From assembly GCA_030390025.1 (NCBI GenBank), contig JASTWF010000080.1, positions 186,001 through 250,000 of the forward strand: a stretch of DNA of 64,000 nucleotides, written 5' to 3'. Below the pieces are notes generated by a model. That model worked only from the letters and a program-made list of their open reading frames with translations, was not told the origin of the DNA and searched no databases. Each line of letters opens with the position of its first letter. The first letter of the stretch is position 1. Positions 12,641 through 24,800 of this stretch are shown here, piece by piece. This DNA comes from Squalus acanthias. Its lineage: Eukaryota. Made by a program: the position numbers and the translations under genes.

Positions 12641-13770
12641 TTCTGTTGCAATGTTGCTGAATTTCTTGCTCCCCACTATCTCCTTGTTTACTGAACAGAC
12701 CATTTTACAGAAATACATCAAGCTGGCATAATTTACCATCATGCTTTGCTTCTCAGACTTGTGTCTTTTTAACTAAGGTTATACATATTATAACAGAGAT
12801 TTTATGCTTCTAACATACATTATTATATATATCGTACTAATTGTAAGAAAAGCATTACATTTAAAACATTATCAAATCATACAGATACGCTCTATTCTAC
12901 AGCCAGAGATGCGAACCCCAATGCTCGCTCAGTCTGACCGTTGTCATCACCTGCGAAGCTGATGTATCCACTTGCCCTGGCAAATAATGTATCGATGCAG
13001 GTGACCGGTGTATCAGGTCCAGCAGGTAGAAGGCCTTCCCCGAGGAGGCTGCGCAGGTCAGTGACCGCCTGCCGTGGCAGGTGGAGCCTCCAAAAAGCAC
13101 TGCTCCTCCGACAGGTCAAGGAAGCTGAGCCTCGGCCTGTAAAGGTGGCTGGGGCCTTCTCCCGAGCTCGGCCCCGCTGTTTCTGCCATCTCTGCTGCCC
13201 ACCTCCTTAGCACGCCGGTGCCCCTTGCCGATGGTGCTCCTCTTCCTCCTCTTCAGCTATAGCAGCACCCGTCACCAACTCCACCTTCTGTAAGTGCAGA
13301 GTATCAAATGATTTGAAAAATACATACAGAACCGTTTGCTCGTTATATTGGGGGACAGCAGTCAGTTTCTTAGCAATTTTAAAAAAATGCACATCTGAAA
13401 GCTTGTAAATGTAATATTAGTGTCCTTACGCCCAAGAGAACCAGCTTAATTTTTAGAGCTTCCTCAAAGGCCCGTTAACGAGAGCAATTAGTGGAAACTG
13501 GCGGTGGAGATTAGTTCGATCTGGGGGCGGGCTGGCTTCTAGCACGATGTTTTTAAACTAGCGCAAAAGATGCTGGACGTAAGTTGCGCTTACAATTCTG
13601 CTATCCTTTGCGGCGATTACGCCGATTTCAGGCGAATTACACCGAAGAATCCAGAGCAACCGAGCAGAAACTCTACCCCAATGTGTTGACTGTGAGGGGG
13701 GAGCCCGGGATCTCAGTGTCTCCTCCCTTTACACTGGAGCTGGTGTCCCAGGCTGGTTCAGTCTCTCTCT

Positions 13771-13986
13771 AGTTTCTGTTTCACAGGCTGACTCTCAACC
13801 TGCCTGAGTTTGATCCTCCCAGTAACTGGTGACAGGCGACTGTTTATCCCTTTAATTGGGTATTTTTCTCAGAGTAACCAATCAGTCACCCTCTGGCTCT
13901 GCTCTTTTGATCAAAGCTCGAGATAAACAGTAAAGTGGAGCCTGGATTGACTTGCTGTTTATTTGGGGTATTTTTCAGTCTATAAA
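13771..13986 (+). promoter_or_regulatory. MHC class I-type promoter: ISRE, S-X-Y enhanceosome, CCAAT, TATA
   Basis: ISRE AGTTTCTGTTTC 13771-82; S box CAACCT 13796-801; X1/X2 CCCAGTAACTGGTGACAG from 13818; Y box ATTGG 13855-59; CCAAT 13878-82; TATAAA 13981-86. S-X (~16 bp) and X-Y (~20 bp) spacings are canonical. Confidence 0.8.
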
Positions 13987-14057
13987 CAGTAGATGTGTCC
14001 CACTGGGAGTATTTTATTCCCAGTCACCGACTGGAATAAGGGCAGTGGATTCCCAGA

Positions 14058-14109
14058 ATGCTGGTGATCCTTTTCTCCACATCCCTGTGTTTTTCCTGGG
14101 TCTCTCCCA
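14058..14109 (+). CDS. MHC class I-like gene, leader exon (MLVILFSTSLCFSWVSP)
   Basis: Hydrophobic signal peptide just downstream of the SXY promoter, with a phase-1 donor a|gtaagt. Confidence 0.85.
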
Positions 14110-14248
14110 GTAAGTACAGAACTCATCCCTCAATTCTCACTCTCACTCTTTCTCTCTCTTTACACTCTGTCTCTTTCTCTCTGCACTCTCTCTGTTTCTC
14201 TCTCTGTCTCTCTCTCACTCTCTCTACACTCTCTCTGCACTCTCTGTC

Positions 14249-14675
14249 NNNNNNNNNNNNNNNNNNNNNNNNNNNNNNNNNNNNNNNNNNNNNNNNNNNN
14301 NNNNNNNNNNNNNNNNNNNNNNNNNNNNNNNNNNNNNNNNNNNNNNNNNNNNNNNNNNNNNNNNNNNNNNNNNNNNNNNTCTCTACACTGTAATATATGT
14401 GGGTAGAACAAAATGAAGGACAGAGACAGATGAGTTGCTGGTCCAGGAGCTTGCTTTACTAGGCTAGAGCGAACTGAGCATGCTCATACTAAACCATGTG
14501 ACAAACCATGTGATAATATATNNNNNNNNNNNNNNNNNNNNNNNNNNNNNNNNNNNNNNNNNNNNNNNNNNNNNNNNNNNNNNNNNNNNNNNNNNNNNNN
14601 NNNNNNNNNNNNNNNNNNNNNNNNNNNNNNNNNNNNNNNNNNNNNNNNNNNNNNNNNNNNNNNNNNNNNNNNNNN
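14249..14675. other. Two N-runs (14249-14379, 131 nt; 14522-14675, 154 nt) within CT-rich microsatellite
   Basis: Seen directly. Confidence 0.99.
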
Positions 14676-14919
14676 CTCTGTCACTGTGTGTCTGTCTCTC
14701 TACACTCTGTCTCTCTTTCCCTGGTGCAATGATATTAACAGAGGACTTCCTTTGAGCTGAGCTGAGTAAAAGTGAACATGAGAATACCTACTGCTCACAA
14801 ACGGTGTGAGAATGTGGACTCCCTGTTCTAACCAAGTTCATTGGGGTGTGTAACAAGGAGATAGATGTTTACATGGGAATAATGGCATTAAGGAATACGG
14901 ATAAAGAGCAGGGAATCGA

Positions 14920-16315
14920 GATTCTATCTAATCGTAGCCGGAGAATCACCTGCAATGGCTCCTCTTCCCGCTCCCGCATCGTTACCTCTGGTGTCCCCCA
15001 AGGATCCATCCTTGGCCCCCTCCTATTTCTCATCTACCTGCTGCCCCTTGGTGACATCATCCGAAAACACAGCGTCAGTTTCCACATGTACGCTGACGAC
15101 ACCCAGCTCTACCTCACTACCTCTTCTCTCAACCCCTCCACAGTCTCTAAATTGTCAGATGCTTGTCCGACATACAGTTCTGGATGAGCAGAAATTTTCT
15201 CCAATTAAAATTGGGAAGACCGAAGCCATTGCTTTCGGTCCCTGCCACTAATTCCGTTCCCTAGCCATGACTCCACTCCTCTCCCTAACATCTGTCTGAG
15301 GCTGGACCACACTGTTCACAACCTTCGTGTCGTATTTGACCCTGAAATGAGCTTCCGACCACATATCCGCATCATAACTAAGACCGCCTATTTCCACCTC
15401 CGTAACATCGCCCGTCTCCGCCCTTTCCTCAGCTCATCCACTGCTGAAATCCTCATCCATGCCTTTGTTACCTCTAGACTTGACTATTCCAATGTACTCC
15501 TGGCCGGCCTCCCACATTCCACCCTACGTAAACTTGAGGTCATCCAAAACTCGGCTGCCCGTGTCCTAACTCGCACCAAGTCCCGTTCACCCATCTCCCC
15601 TGTGCTCGCTGACCTACTTTGGCTCCCAGTTAAGCAACGCCTCGATTTCAAAATTCTCATCCTTGTTTGCAAATCCCTCCCTGGCCTCGCCCTCCCTATC
15701 TCTGTAATCTCCTCCAGCCCCACAACCCCCTGAGATATCTGCGCTCCTCTAACTCTGCCCTCTTGAGCATCCCTGATTATGATGCGGAGATGCCGGTGTT
15801 GGACTGGGGTGGACAAAAATGAGAAGTCGCACAACACCAGGTTATAGTCCAACAGTTTTATTTGAAATCACAAGCTTTCGGAGCTGCTGCTCCTTCGTCG
15901 TTCTCTATCTATATATGCTTTGGCGATTCTGTATCTCTTTACTTCACCCGACAAAGGCGCAGCAGCTCCGAAAGCTTGTGATTTCAAATAAAACTGTTGG
16001 ACTCTAACCTGGTGTTGTGCGACTTCTCATTTTTATCCCTGATTATAATCGCTCAACCATTGGTGACCGGGCCTTCTGTTGCCTCGGCCCAAAGCTCTGG
16101 AATTCTTGCCTAAACCTCTCCACCTCTCTACCTCTCTTTCCTCCTTTAAGACGCTCCTTAAAACCTAACTCTTTGACCAAGATTTTGGTCACCTGCCCTA
16201 ATTTCTCCTTATGTGGCTCGGTGTCAAATTTTTTGTCTTATAATATTCCTGTGAAGCGCCTTGGGATGTTTTACTACGTTAATGGCGCTATACAAATACA
16301 AGTTGTTGTTGTTGT
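14920..16315 (+). mobile_element. L2 LINE 3' part with (GTT)n tail
   Basis: [23 protein letters not shown] and FVTSRLDYSN motifs. Ends gcgctatacaaatacaagttgttgttgttg. Confidence 0.9.
15781..16034. mobile_element. Penelope pseudo-LTR inverted-repeat insertion with a 12-bp TSD, inside the L2
   Basis: TSD atccctgattat at 15769-80 and 16035-46. The two arms are reverse complements. Confidence 0.85.
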
Positions 16316-16769
16316 TAGAGATACAGCGACCATGGCAACAGAAAATGGCAGTGCCGACTGGATAGGCCATTGGTCGACTTCTGTTCCTCTGTTCCTACTA
16401 TGTATCTACCTGCTAACTGTTAGCTCTTTAACTGACGGTCAGTTTTTCACCCCATTCATTCACTTGCCAGTGTTTTACAAAGAAATCTGCATTTTTACTG
16501 GGGATTGGAGACAAACAGGCGCCTCTTTCTTCCATCGTTTGTTGCCCGCAAGGTTTTAAATGAGCCGTTGCTTTCGGAGAGTCCCAGTTACAGTTGGTTG
16601 TTTAATGTTTGATCCTAAAAGAAATTAGATGGAACGAATAAGCAGCTTCCAGAAACATTGGCCCAGAAATCAGTCTCGATGGGTGGGGGCAAAACGGGCG
16701 GTATTGGATCGGCTGCGCTCGCGCCTGATGTTCAGTTCCATTGCAGTCAGTGTAACTGAATATCAGACA

Positions 16770-17775
16770 CTGCAGTAAAGGAGCCTCTGGGGAAGAGTGA
16801 CCATAATATGATAGAATTTTAAATTGAGTATGAGAGGATTTAGTTAAGTCTGAAACTAAGGTCTTAAATCTGAACTAAGCAAACATAGTAGATATGAGAG
16901 GCACGTTGGCTAAAGTAGATTGGGAAACTAGATTAAAAGATAGTTGCTAGATAAGCAATGCAAAACTTTTGAAGAAATAACTCATAATTCACTACAAAGA
17001 TACATTCCCTTAAGGAATAAAAATCCCACAGGAAAATGGTCCAACCATGGCTAACAAGAGAATTTCAAGATAGTATTGTGATAATGACCAGATAATCTGT
17101 TTTGTTATAAGAGTAAAGATGTCTTATTGCAATTATATAGAGCCCTGGTGAGACCACACCCGGAGTCTTGTGTACAGTTTTGGTTTTCTTACCTAAGGAA
17201 GGATATACTTGCCTTGGAGGGAGTGCAACGAAGGTTCACTAGACTGATTCCTGGGATGGGAGGATTGTCCTATGAGGAGAGAGAGAGTAGAAATTAGAAA
17301 TTTACGGCACAGAAGGAGGCCATTCAGCCCATTGTATATGGACTAGGCCTATATTCCCTAGAGTTTGGAAGAATGAGAGGTGATCTCCTTGAAGCATATA
17401 AAATTCTTAAGGGGCTTGACAGGGTAGATGCAGGGAGGATCTTTCCCTGGGCTGGGGAGTTTAGAATTAGGGGTCACAGTCTCAGAATAAGGGGTCGGTC
17501 ATTTAGGACCGAGATGAGGAGAAATTTCTTCACTCAGAGGGTGGTGAATCTTTGGAAGTCTCTACCCCAGAGGGCTGTGGATGTTCAGTCGTTGAGTATA
17601 TTTAAGACAGAACGATAGCTTTTTGGATATTAAGGGAACCAAGCGCTATGGGGATAATGTGGGAAAGTGGAGTTGAGGTATAAGATCTGCCATGATCTTA
17701 TTGAATGGCGGAGCAGGCTCAAAGAGCCGACAGGCCTACTCCTGCTCCTATTTCTTACGTTCTTATGTTTTTATG
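16770..17775 (+). mobile_element. CR1 LINE fragments including a 3' end
   Basis: MRGDLLEAYKILKG..RNFFTQRVVNLW and a ttcttatgt tail. Confidence 0.85.
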
Positions 17776-17866
17776 TTCTGATCTAACTTCACAGATCTAT
17801 GAAACCGTTCTCCCATTCCATTCGGTGTCTGTCTACTGTTTGTGTTTTCTCCCTTTCCCCTCTCAG

Positions 17867-18145
17867 TTCAGCCCGAAGTGTTCATCTCCAGAAGTGACCC
17901 CAATAGTCAGGACAAACCGCCCACTCTCTCCTGCCTGGTTACTGGATTTTACCCTGTAGACATCGAGGTGACCTGGCTAAGGAATGGAGAGCCAGTGTCT
18001 GAGAGCCACTCCTCGGGGGTTCGACCGAACCACAATGGGACCCATCAGATCAAGAAAGAGATTGAAGTGAATGCTGGGTATGAGGATCAATACTCCTGTC
18101 AAATTGAACACAGCAGCCTGGCAGAGGCAAAGGTCTATCGGTGGG
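17867..18145 (+). CDS. MHC class I-like alpha3 (IgC1-set) exon
   Basis: QPEVFIS..LSCLVTGFYPVDIEVTWLRNG..VRPNHNGTHQI..YSCQIEHSSL..W. Polypyrimidine acceptor ..tctcag, phase 1-1, 279 nt, donor g|gtaagg. Confidence 0.93.
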
Positions 18146-18194
18146 GTAAGGAACTGCACTGGATGTGTGCGTGTGTCTCTGTGAGCATGTATGG

Positions 18195-20460
18195 ATCATA
18201 GGAACAGGAGTAGGACATTCGGCCCCTTGAGTCTGTTCCACCATTCAATGAGATCATGACTGATCAGTACCTCAACTCCATTTACCCGTCATTGCTCTAC
18301 ATCCCTTGATACCCTTACCCAACAAAAATCACTCGATCTCAGTCATAAAAATTTCAATTGAACCCACAGACTTTTGGGGGAGAGAGTTCCAGATTTCCAC
18401 TGCCCTTTGTGTGAAGAAGTGCTTTCTGATTTCACTCCTAAATGTCCTGGCTCTAATTGTAAAATTGTGCTCTTTTGTTCCGGATTCACCGCCAGTGAAA
18501 ATAGTTTCTCTGTATCTACCCTATCGAATCCCTTTATCATTTTAAACACCTCAATGTGATCACCCTTCACCCTTCTACACTCAGTGCAATACAAGCCAAC
18601 TTTGTCCTCAAAATTTAACCCTCTGAGCTGGTATCATTCTGGTGAATCTGCTCTGTACCCACTCCAAGGCCAATATATCTTACGTGAGGTTTGGTGCCCA
18701 GAACTGAATGTAGTACGCCAGAGGTGGGTTAGAGGAACAAAGGGATCTCGGCGTAAAATACACAAATCACTAAAAGTTGCGCCACAGGTTAGCAAGCCCA
18801 TAAAAAAAGCAAATCAAGCACTGGGGTTTATTTCTAGAGGGATAGAATGGAAAAGTAGTGAAGTTATGCTAAACCTTCATCGGACCTTGGTTAGACCACA
18901 CTTAGAGTACTGCGTACAGTTCTGGTCGCCATATTATAAAAAGGATATAGAGGCACTGGAGAGGGTGCAGAGAAGATTTACAAGGATGATACCAGAAATG
19001 CGAGGCTATACATATCAGGAAAGGATGAATAGGCTGGGTCTCTTTTCTCTTGAAAAAAGAAGGCTGAGGGGTGACCGAATAGAGGTCTATAAAATTATGA
19101 CCGGATTTGATTGAGTGGATACAGAGAAAATGTTTCCACTTGTGGGGAAGAGCATAGAGGCCATCAATATAAGATAGTCACCAAGAAATCCAATCGGGAA
19201 TTCAGAAGAAACTTCTTTACCCAGAGAGTGGTGAGAATGTGAAACTCGCTACCACAGGGAGTGGTTGAAGCGAATCGTACAGATTCATTTAAGGGGAGGC
19301 TGGACAAACATATGAGGAGAACGGAATAGAGGGTTATGCTGACAGATTTAGATGAGGAAAGACGGGAGGAGGCTCGAGTGGAGCATAAACACCGGCATGG
19401 ACTGGTTGGGCCGAATGGCCTGTTTCTGTGCCGTATATCCTATGTAATCCTGTGTAATGTAATGTAGTCTGACCAAAGCTCTGTACACCTGAAGCATAAT
19501 TTCCTCACTTTCTATTCTCACCCCCTTGAGATTAAGGCCAACATTCCATTAGCCTTTCTGATTGCTTTATTTAACCCTGGCACGAGCTTTTAGTGATTTG
19601 TGGACATGGACACCCAAATCTCTTTGCTCCTTTACAGCTCCTGGTCTGTCACCATTGAGACAATATTCCAATCTGTCTTTCTCAGATCTCGCGTGGATGA
19701 TCTCACACTTCCCCAACTTGGGCAAAACTGTGGCAGATGCAGTTGAGTCATTTAATCTGTCAATGTCCCTTTACTGTGCGTCCTAACTTAGTGCCATCTG
19801 CAAACTTGGATATACAACTCCCTGTTCCTTCATCCAAGTCATTGATATATATGGTGAAAAGCTGAGGCCTCAGTACAGATCCCTGGGGAACACCACTCGG
19901 AACATCCTGCCAATCGGAGCACATTCCCTTTATCCCGATTCTCTGACTCCTTCCTCCCAACCAATTTTCAACCCGTGTCACAAGATCAGCTCCAATTCTG
20001 TAAGCTTTTATTTCTGCTAATAATCTGTTGTGAGGAACCATATCAAATGCCTTCTGGAAGTCCATATACACAACATCCACCGACACTGCCTTATCCACCA
20101 TGTTAGTGACCTCCTCATAAAATTTAAAATTCAATTAGATTAGTCAGACAGGACCTACCCATCACAAATCCATGCTGACTCTCTGTTCAGCCGATACTTG
20201 TCTAAGTGCTCTGTATCTCAATCTCTGGTCACTGTGTCAGCCTTTCCCTTTACCTGGATACTCTCACTTCTTTCATTTGTCGACCATGGTTGCCTAACTA
20301 CAGAAGTGGAGTCTTTGCGTTGTCGGGGAAAGTCCTGGTGTTGGATTGTACCCGGTACTTTTTTGAAGCGTCCCCACTGTTTATCTGTAGCTTTACTCAT
20401 TACCAGCTCAGCCCAGTTTGCTGCAGTCAATTTATTCCCCATCCCTTTGAAGTTTGATGT
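18195..20460. mobile_element. Nested CR1 fragments (a minus-strand element interrupted by a plus-strand CR1 3' end at ~18720-19460)
   Basis: RPHLEYCVQFWSPY on +; DFQKAFD, GVPQGSVL and KFADGTK on -. Confidence 0.85.
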
Positions 20461-20794
20461 GAAATCCATCAGTGATGCTGACTCCTGGGGCGTACAATGT
20501 GACCCTGGGGATGGACCCAGGACAGGACACAGAGACATGGGGGGTAAATTGAACCGAGCTCGCCGGGCAGGTAACCCGGGGATCGGGGCAACGCCGGTCC
20601 AACACCACCATCAATGAGACTCTTTATTGACTCCAATGGAGAGTGAGATCAGGCGAGAGTAAAACCAGCGTTGGACCCGATCCCTCAGATTCCCGACGGG
20701 CGGGTGAGGTTAAAATTGTCCCTCCGTCGACACCGAACTGGGAATGAATCCAGGAACAGAGAAACTATCCTGATATTATTCAAATGTGTTTCAG

Positions 20795-20908
20795 AAATAC
20801 CGGAAAACAGTGGTGCACGCTCCCATCATGGAATTATAATTGGAACAGTCGCTGCACTGGTTATAATCGGGATAATCGGAATATTCATCTGGATAAAACA
20901 ACGGAGAG
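20795..20908 (+). CDS. MHC class I-like connecting peptide/transmembrane exon (EIPENSGARSHHGIIIGTVAALVIIGIIGIFIWIKQRR)
   Basis: Acceptor tgtgtttcag, a hydrophobic helix plus basic stop-transfer, and phase-1 donor g|gtaaga, in frame with alpha3. Confidence 0.9.
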
Positions 20909-20917
20909 GTAAGAATC

Positions 20918-21805
20918 AGAGAGAAGGGAATGTAGAACTGAGGGACAGAGTGAGTGTGGGGAATCTCCAGTACTGGGAGCACAGGGCACTGAGAGGAGAG
21001 AGTGAGAGAGAGGAATGTAGAACTGAGGGACAGAGTGAGTGTGGGGAATCTCCAGTACTGGGAGCACAGGGCACTGAGAGGAGAGAGTGAGAGAGAGGAA
21101 TGTAGAACTGAGGGACAGAGTGAGTGTGGGGAACCTCCAGTACTGGGAGCACAGGGCACTGAGAGGAGAGAGTGAGAGAGAGGAATGTAGAACTGAGGGA
21201 CAGAGTGAGTGTGGGGAACCTCCAGTACTGGGAGCACAGGGCACTGAGAGGAGAGAGTGAGAGAGAGGAATGTAGAACTGAGGGACAGAGTGATTGTGGG
21301 GAATCTCCAGTACTGGGAGCACAGGGCACTGAGAGGAGAGAGTGAGAGAGAGGAATGTATAACTGAGGGACAGAGTGAGTGTGGGGAATCTCCAGTACTG
21401 GGAGCACAGGGCACTGAGAGGAGAGAGTGAGAGAGAGGAATGTAGAACTGAGGGACAGAGTGAGTGTGGGGAATCTCCAGTACTGGGAGCACAGGGCACT
21501 GAGAGGAGAGAGTGAGAGAGAGGAATATAGAACTGAGGGACAGAGTGAGTGTGAGGAATCTCCAGTACTGGGAGCACAGGGCACTGAGAGGAGAGAGTGA
21601 GAGAGAGGAATGTAGAACTGAGGGACAGAGTGAGTGCGGGGAATCTCCAGTACTGGGAGCACAGGGCACTGAGAGGAGAGAGTGAGAGAGAGGAATGTAG
21701 AACTGAGGGACAGAGTGAGTGTGGGGAATCTCCAGTATGGGAGCACAGGGCACTGAGAGGAGAGAGTGAGAGAGAGGAATGTAGAACTGAGGGACAGAGT
21801 GAGTA
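20918..21805. repeat. 85-bp minisatellite (~10 copies) immediately after the TM donor
   Basis: agggacagagtgagtgtggggaatctccagtactggg... recurs at 20941, 21026, 21111 and onward. Confidence 0.93.
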
Positions 21806-21899
21806 CACACTCTCCGATCCTCACACTGGGTGTGTGCTCACACTCTGATAATGGGTTATCCCCATTCTAACTGACATTTATCACACTCTGCGTTACTCA

Positions 21900-24800
21900 C
21901 ACCAATCCCGCGCCCTCCAGTCCCTCAAACTCCAGTCCCTCAAACTCCCGTCCCTCAAACTCCCGTCCCTCAAACTCCCGTCCCTCAAACTCCAATCCCT
22001 CAAACTCCAATCCCTCGCCCTCCAGTCCCTCACCCTCCAGTCCCTCGCCCTCCAGTCCCTCAAACTCCAGTCCCTCAAACTCCAGTCCCTCAAACTCCAA
22101 TCCCTCGCCCTCCAATCGCTCGCCCGCCAGTCACTCGCCCTCCAGTCCCTCAAACTCCAGTCCCTCAAACTCCAATCCCTCGCCCTCCAATCCCTCGCCC
22201 TCCAGTCCCTCGCCCTCCAGTCCCTCAAACTCCAGTCCCTCAAACTCCAGTCCCTCAAACTCCAATCCATCGCCCTCCAATCCCTCGTCCGCCAGTCCCT
22301 CGCCCTCCAGTCCCTCACCCTCCAGTCCCTCGCCCTCCAGTCCCTCGCCCTCGAGTCCCTCGCCCTCCAGTCCCTCCCCTTCCAGTCCCTCCCCTTCCAG
22401 TCCCTCACCCTGCACTCCCCCTCCGCTCCCTCACCCTCCAGTCCATTGTCCTCCAGTCCCGCACCCTCCATTCCCTCACCCTACAGTCCCTTTTCCTCCA
22501 ATTCCTCACCCTCCAGTCCCTTGTCCTCCAGTCCCTCGCGTTCCAGTCCCTCGCCCTCCAGTCCCTCCCCCTCCAGTCCTTCGCCCTCCAGTCCCTCGCC
22601 CTGCAGTCCCTCGCCATCCAGTCCCTTGCTCTCCAGTCCCTCCCCCTCCAGTCCCTCGCCCTCCACTCCTCGTCCTCCAGTCCCTCGCCCTCCAGTCCCT
22701 CGCCCTCCAGTCCCTCACCCTCCTGTCCCTCACCCTCCAGTCCCTGGCCCTCCAGTCCCTCTCCCTCCAGCCCCTCCCCCGTCCAGTCCTTCGCCTTCCA
22801 GTCCATCGTCTCCAGCCCCTCGCCTCCAGTCCCTCGTCCTCCAGTCCTCGCCTTCCAGTCCCTCGCCCTCCAGTCCCTCCCCCTCCAGTCCCTCCCCCTC
22901 CAGTCCCTCCCCCTCCAGTCCCTCCCCCTCCAGTCCCTCGCCCTCCAGTCCCTCACCCTCAAGTCCCTTGTCCTCCAGTCCCTCGCCCTCCAGTCCCTCA
23001 CCCTCCAGACCCTCATCCTCCAGTCCCTCAGCCTCCAGTCCTTCGCCTTCCAGACCCTCACCCTCCAGTCCCTCGTCCTCCAGTCCCTCTCCCTCCAGTC
23101 CCTCCCCTCCGGTCCCTTGTCCTCCAGTCCCTCCCCCTCCAGCACCTCTCCATCCAGCCCCTCCCCCTCCAGTCCCTCACCCTGCACTCCCCCTCCGCTC
23201 CCTCACCCTCCAGTCCATTGTCCTCCAGTCCCTCACCCTCCATTCCCTCACCCTACAGTCCCTTTTCCTCCAATTCCTCACCCTCCAGTCCCTTGTCCTC
23301 CAGTCCCTCGCGTTCCAGTCCCTCGCCCTCCAGTCCCTCCCCCTCCAGTCCTTCGCCCTCCAGTCCCTCGCCCTGCAGTCCCTCGCCATCCAGTCCTTCG
23401 CCCTCCAGTCCCTCGCTCTCCAGTCCCTCGCCCTCCAGTCCCTTGCTCTCCAGTCCCTCCCCCTCCAGTCCCTCGCCCTCCACTCCCTCGTCCTCCAGTC
23501 CCTCACCCTCCAGTCCCTCGCCCTCCAGTCCCTCACCCTCCTGTCCCTCACCCTCCAGTCCCTGGCCCTCCAGTCCCTCTCCCTCCAGCCCCTCCCCGTC
23601 CAGTCCTTCGCCTTCCAGTCCATCGTCCTCCAGCCCCTCGCCCTCCAGTCCCTCGTCCTCCAGTCCCTCGCCTTCCAGTCCCTCGCCCTCCAGTCCCTCC
23701 CCCTCCAGTCCCTCCCCCTCCAGTCCCTCCCCCTCCAGTCCCTCCCCCTCCAGTCCCTCGCCCTCCAGTCCCTCACCCTCCAGTCCCTCGTCCTCCAGTC
23801 CCTCGCCCTCCAGTCCCTCACCCTCCAGACCCTCATCCTCCAGTCCCTCAGCCTCCAGTCCTTCGCCTTCCAGACCCTCACCCTCCAGTCCCTCGTCCTC
23901 CAGTCCCTCTCCCTCCAGTCCCTCCCCCTCCGGTCCCTTGTCCTCCAGTCCCTCCCCCTCCAGCACCTCTCCATCCAGCCCCTCCCCCTCCAGTCCCTCG
24001 CCCTCCAGTCCCTCGCCCTCCAGACCCTCACCCTCCAGACCCTCACCCTCCAGTCCCTGGCCCTCCAGTCCCTGGCCCTCCAGCCCCTCCCCCTCCAGTC
24101 CCTCCCCCTCCAGTCCCTCGCCCTCCACTCCCTCACCCTCCAGTCCCTCACCCTCGAGCCCCTCCACCTCCAGTCACTCCCCCTCCAGACCCTCCCCCTC
24201 CAGTCCCTCCCCCTCCAGTCCCTCGTCCTCCAGTCTCTCGCCCTCCAGTCGCTCGCCCTCCAGTCCCTCGCCTTCCAGTGCCTCGCCTTCCAGTCCCTCG
24301 CCCTCCATTCTCTCGCCCTCCAGTCCCTCGCCCTCCAGTCCCTCGTCCTCCAATCCCTCGCCCTCCAGTCCCTCGCCCTCGACTCCCTCGCCCTCCACTC
24401 CCTCGCCCTCCACTCCCTCGCCCTCCAGTCCCTCGTCCTCCAGTCCCTCGCCCTCCAGTCCCTCGCCCTCCAGTCCCTCCCCCTCCAGTCCCTCGTCCTC
24501 CAGTCCCTCGCCCTCCAGTACCTCGCCCTCCAGTCCCTCGCCCTCCATCCCCTCACCCTCCACTCCCTCGCCCTCCAGTCCCTCCCCCTCCAGTCCCTCC
24601 CGCTCCAATCCCTCCCCTTCCAGTCCCTCGCCCTCCAGTCCCTCGTCCTCCAGCCCCTCGCCCTCCAGTCCCTCGCCCTCCAGCCCCTCGCCCTCCAGCC
24701 ACTCGCCCTCCAGTCCCTCGCCCTCCAGTCCCTCGCCCTCCAGTCCCTCGCCCTCCAGCCCCTCGCCCTCCACTCGCTCACCCTCCAGTCCCTCGTCCTC

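Larger units (their letters stand above)
9033..13679. mobile_element. Decayed Harbinger/PIF DNA transposon (Myb/SANT gene on +, transposase remnant on -)
   Basis: Imperfect TIR-like ends ggggggagaaattc / gaaactctacccc. HARBI-like N-terminal remnant (WRLHLPRQAVTDL) at ~12900-13290 on -. Confidence 0.65.

Noticed and set aside
17867-18145. Ig/TCR constant, beta2m or class II assignment of the IgC1 exon
   Set aside because: The GFYP..RPNHNGTHQ..HSSL..W pattern, class I-type TM, ISRE-SXY promoter and absence of RSS/J segments favour class I alpha3. The exact lineage cannot be determined here.
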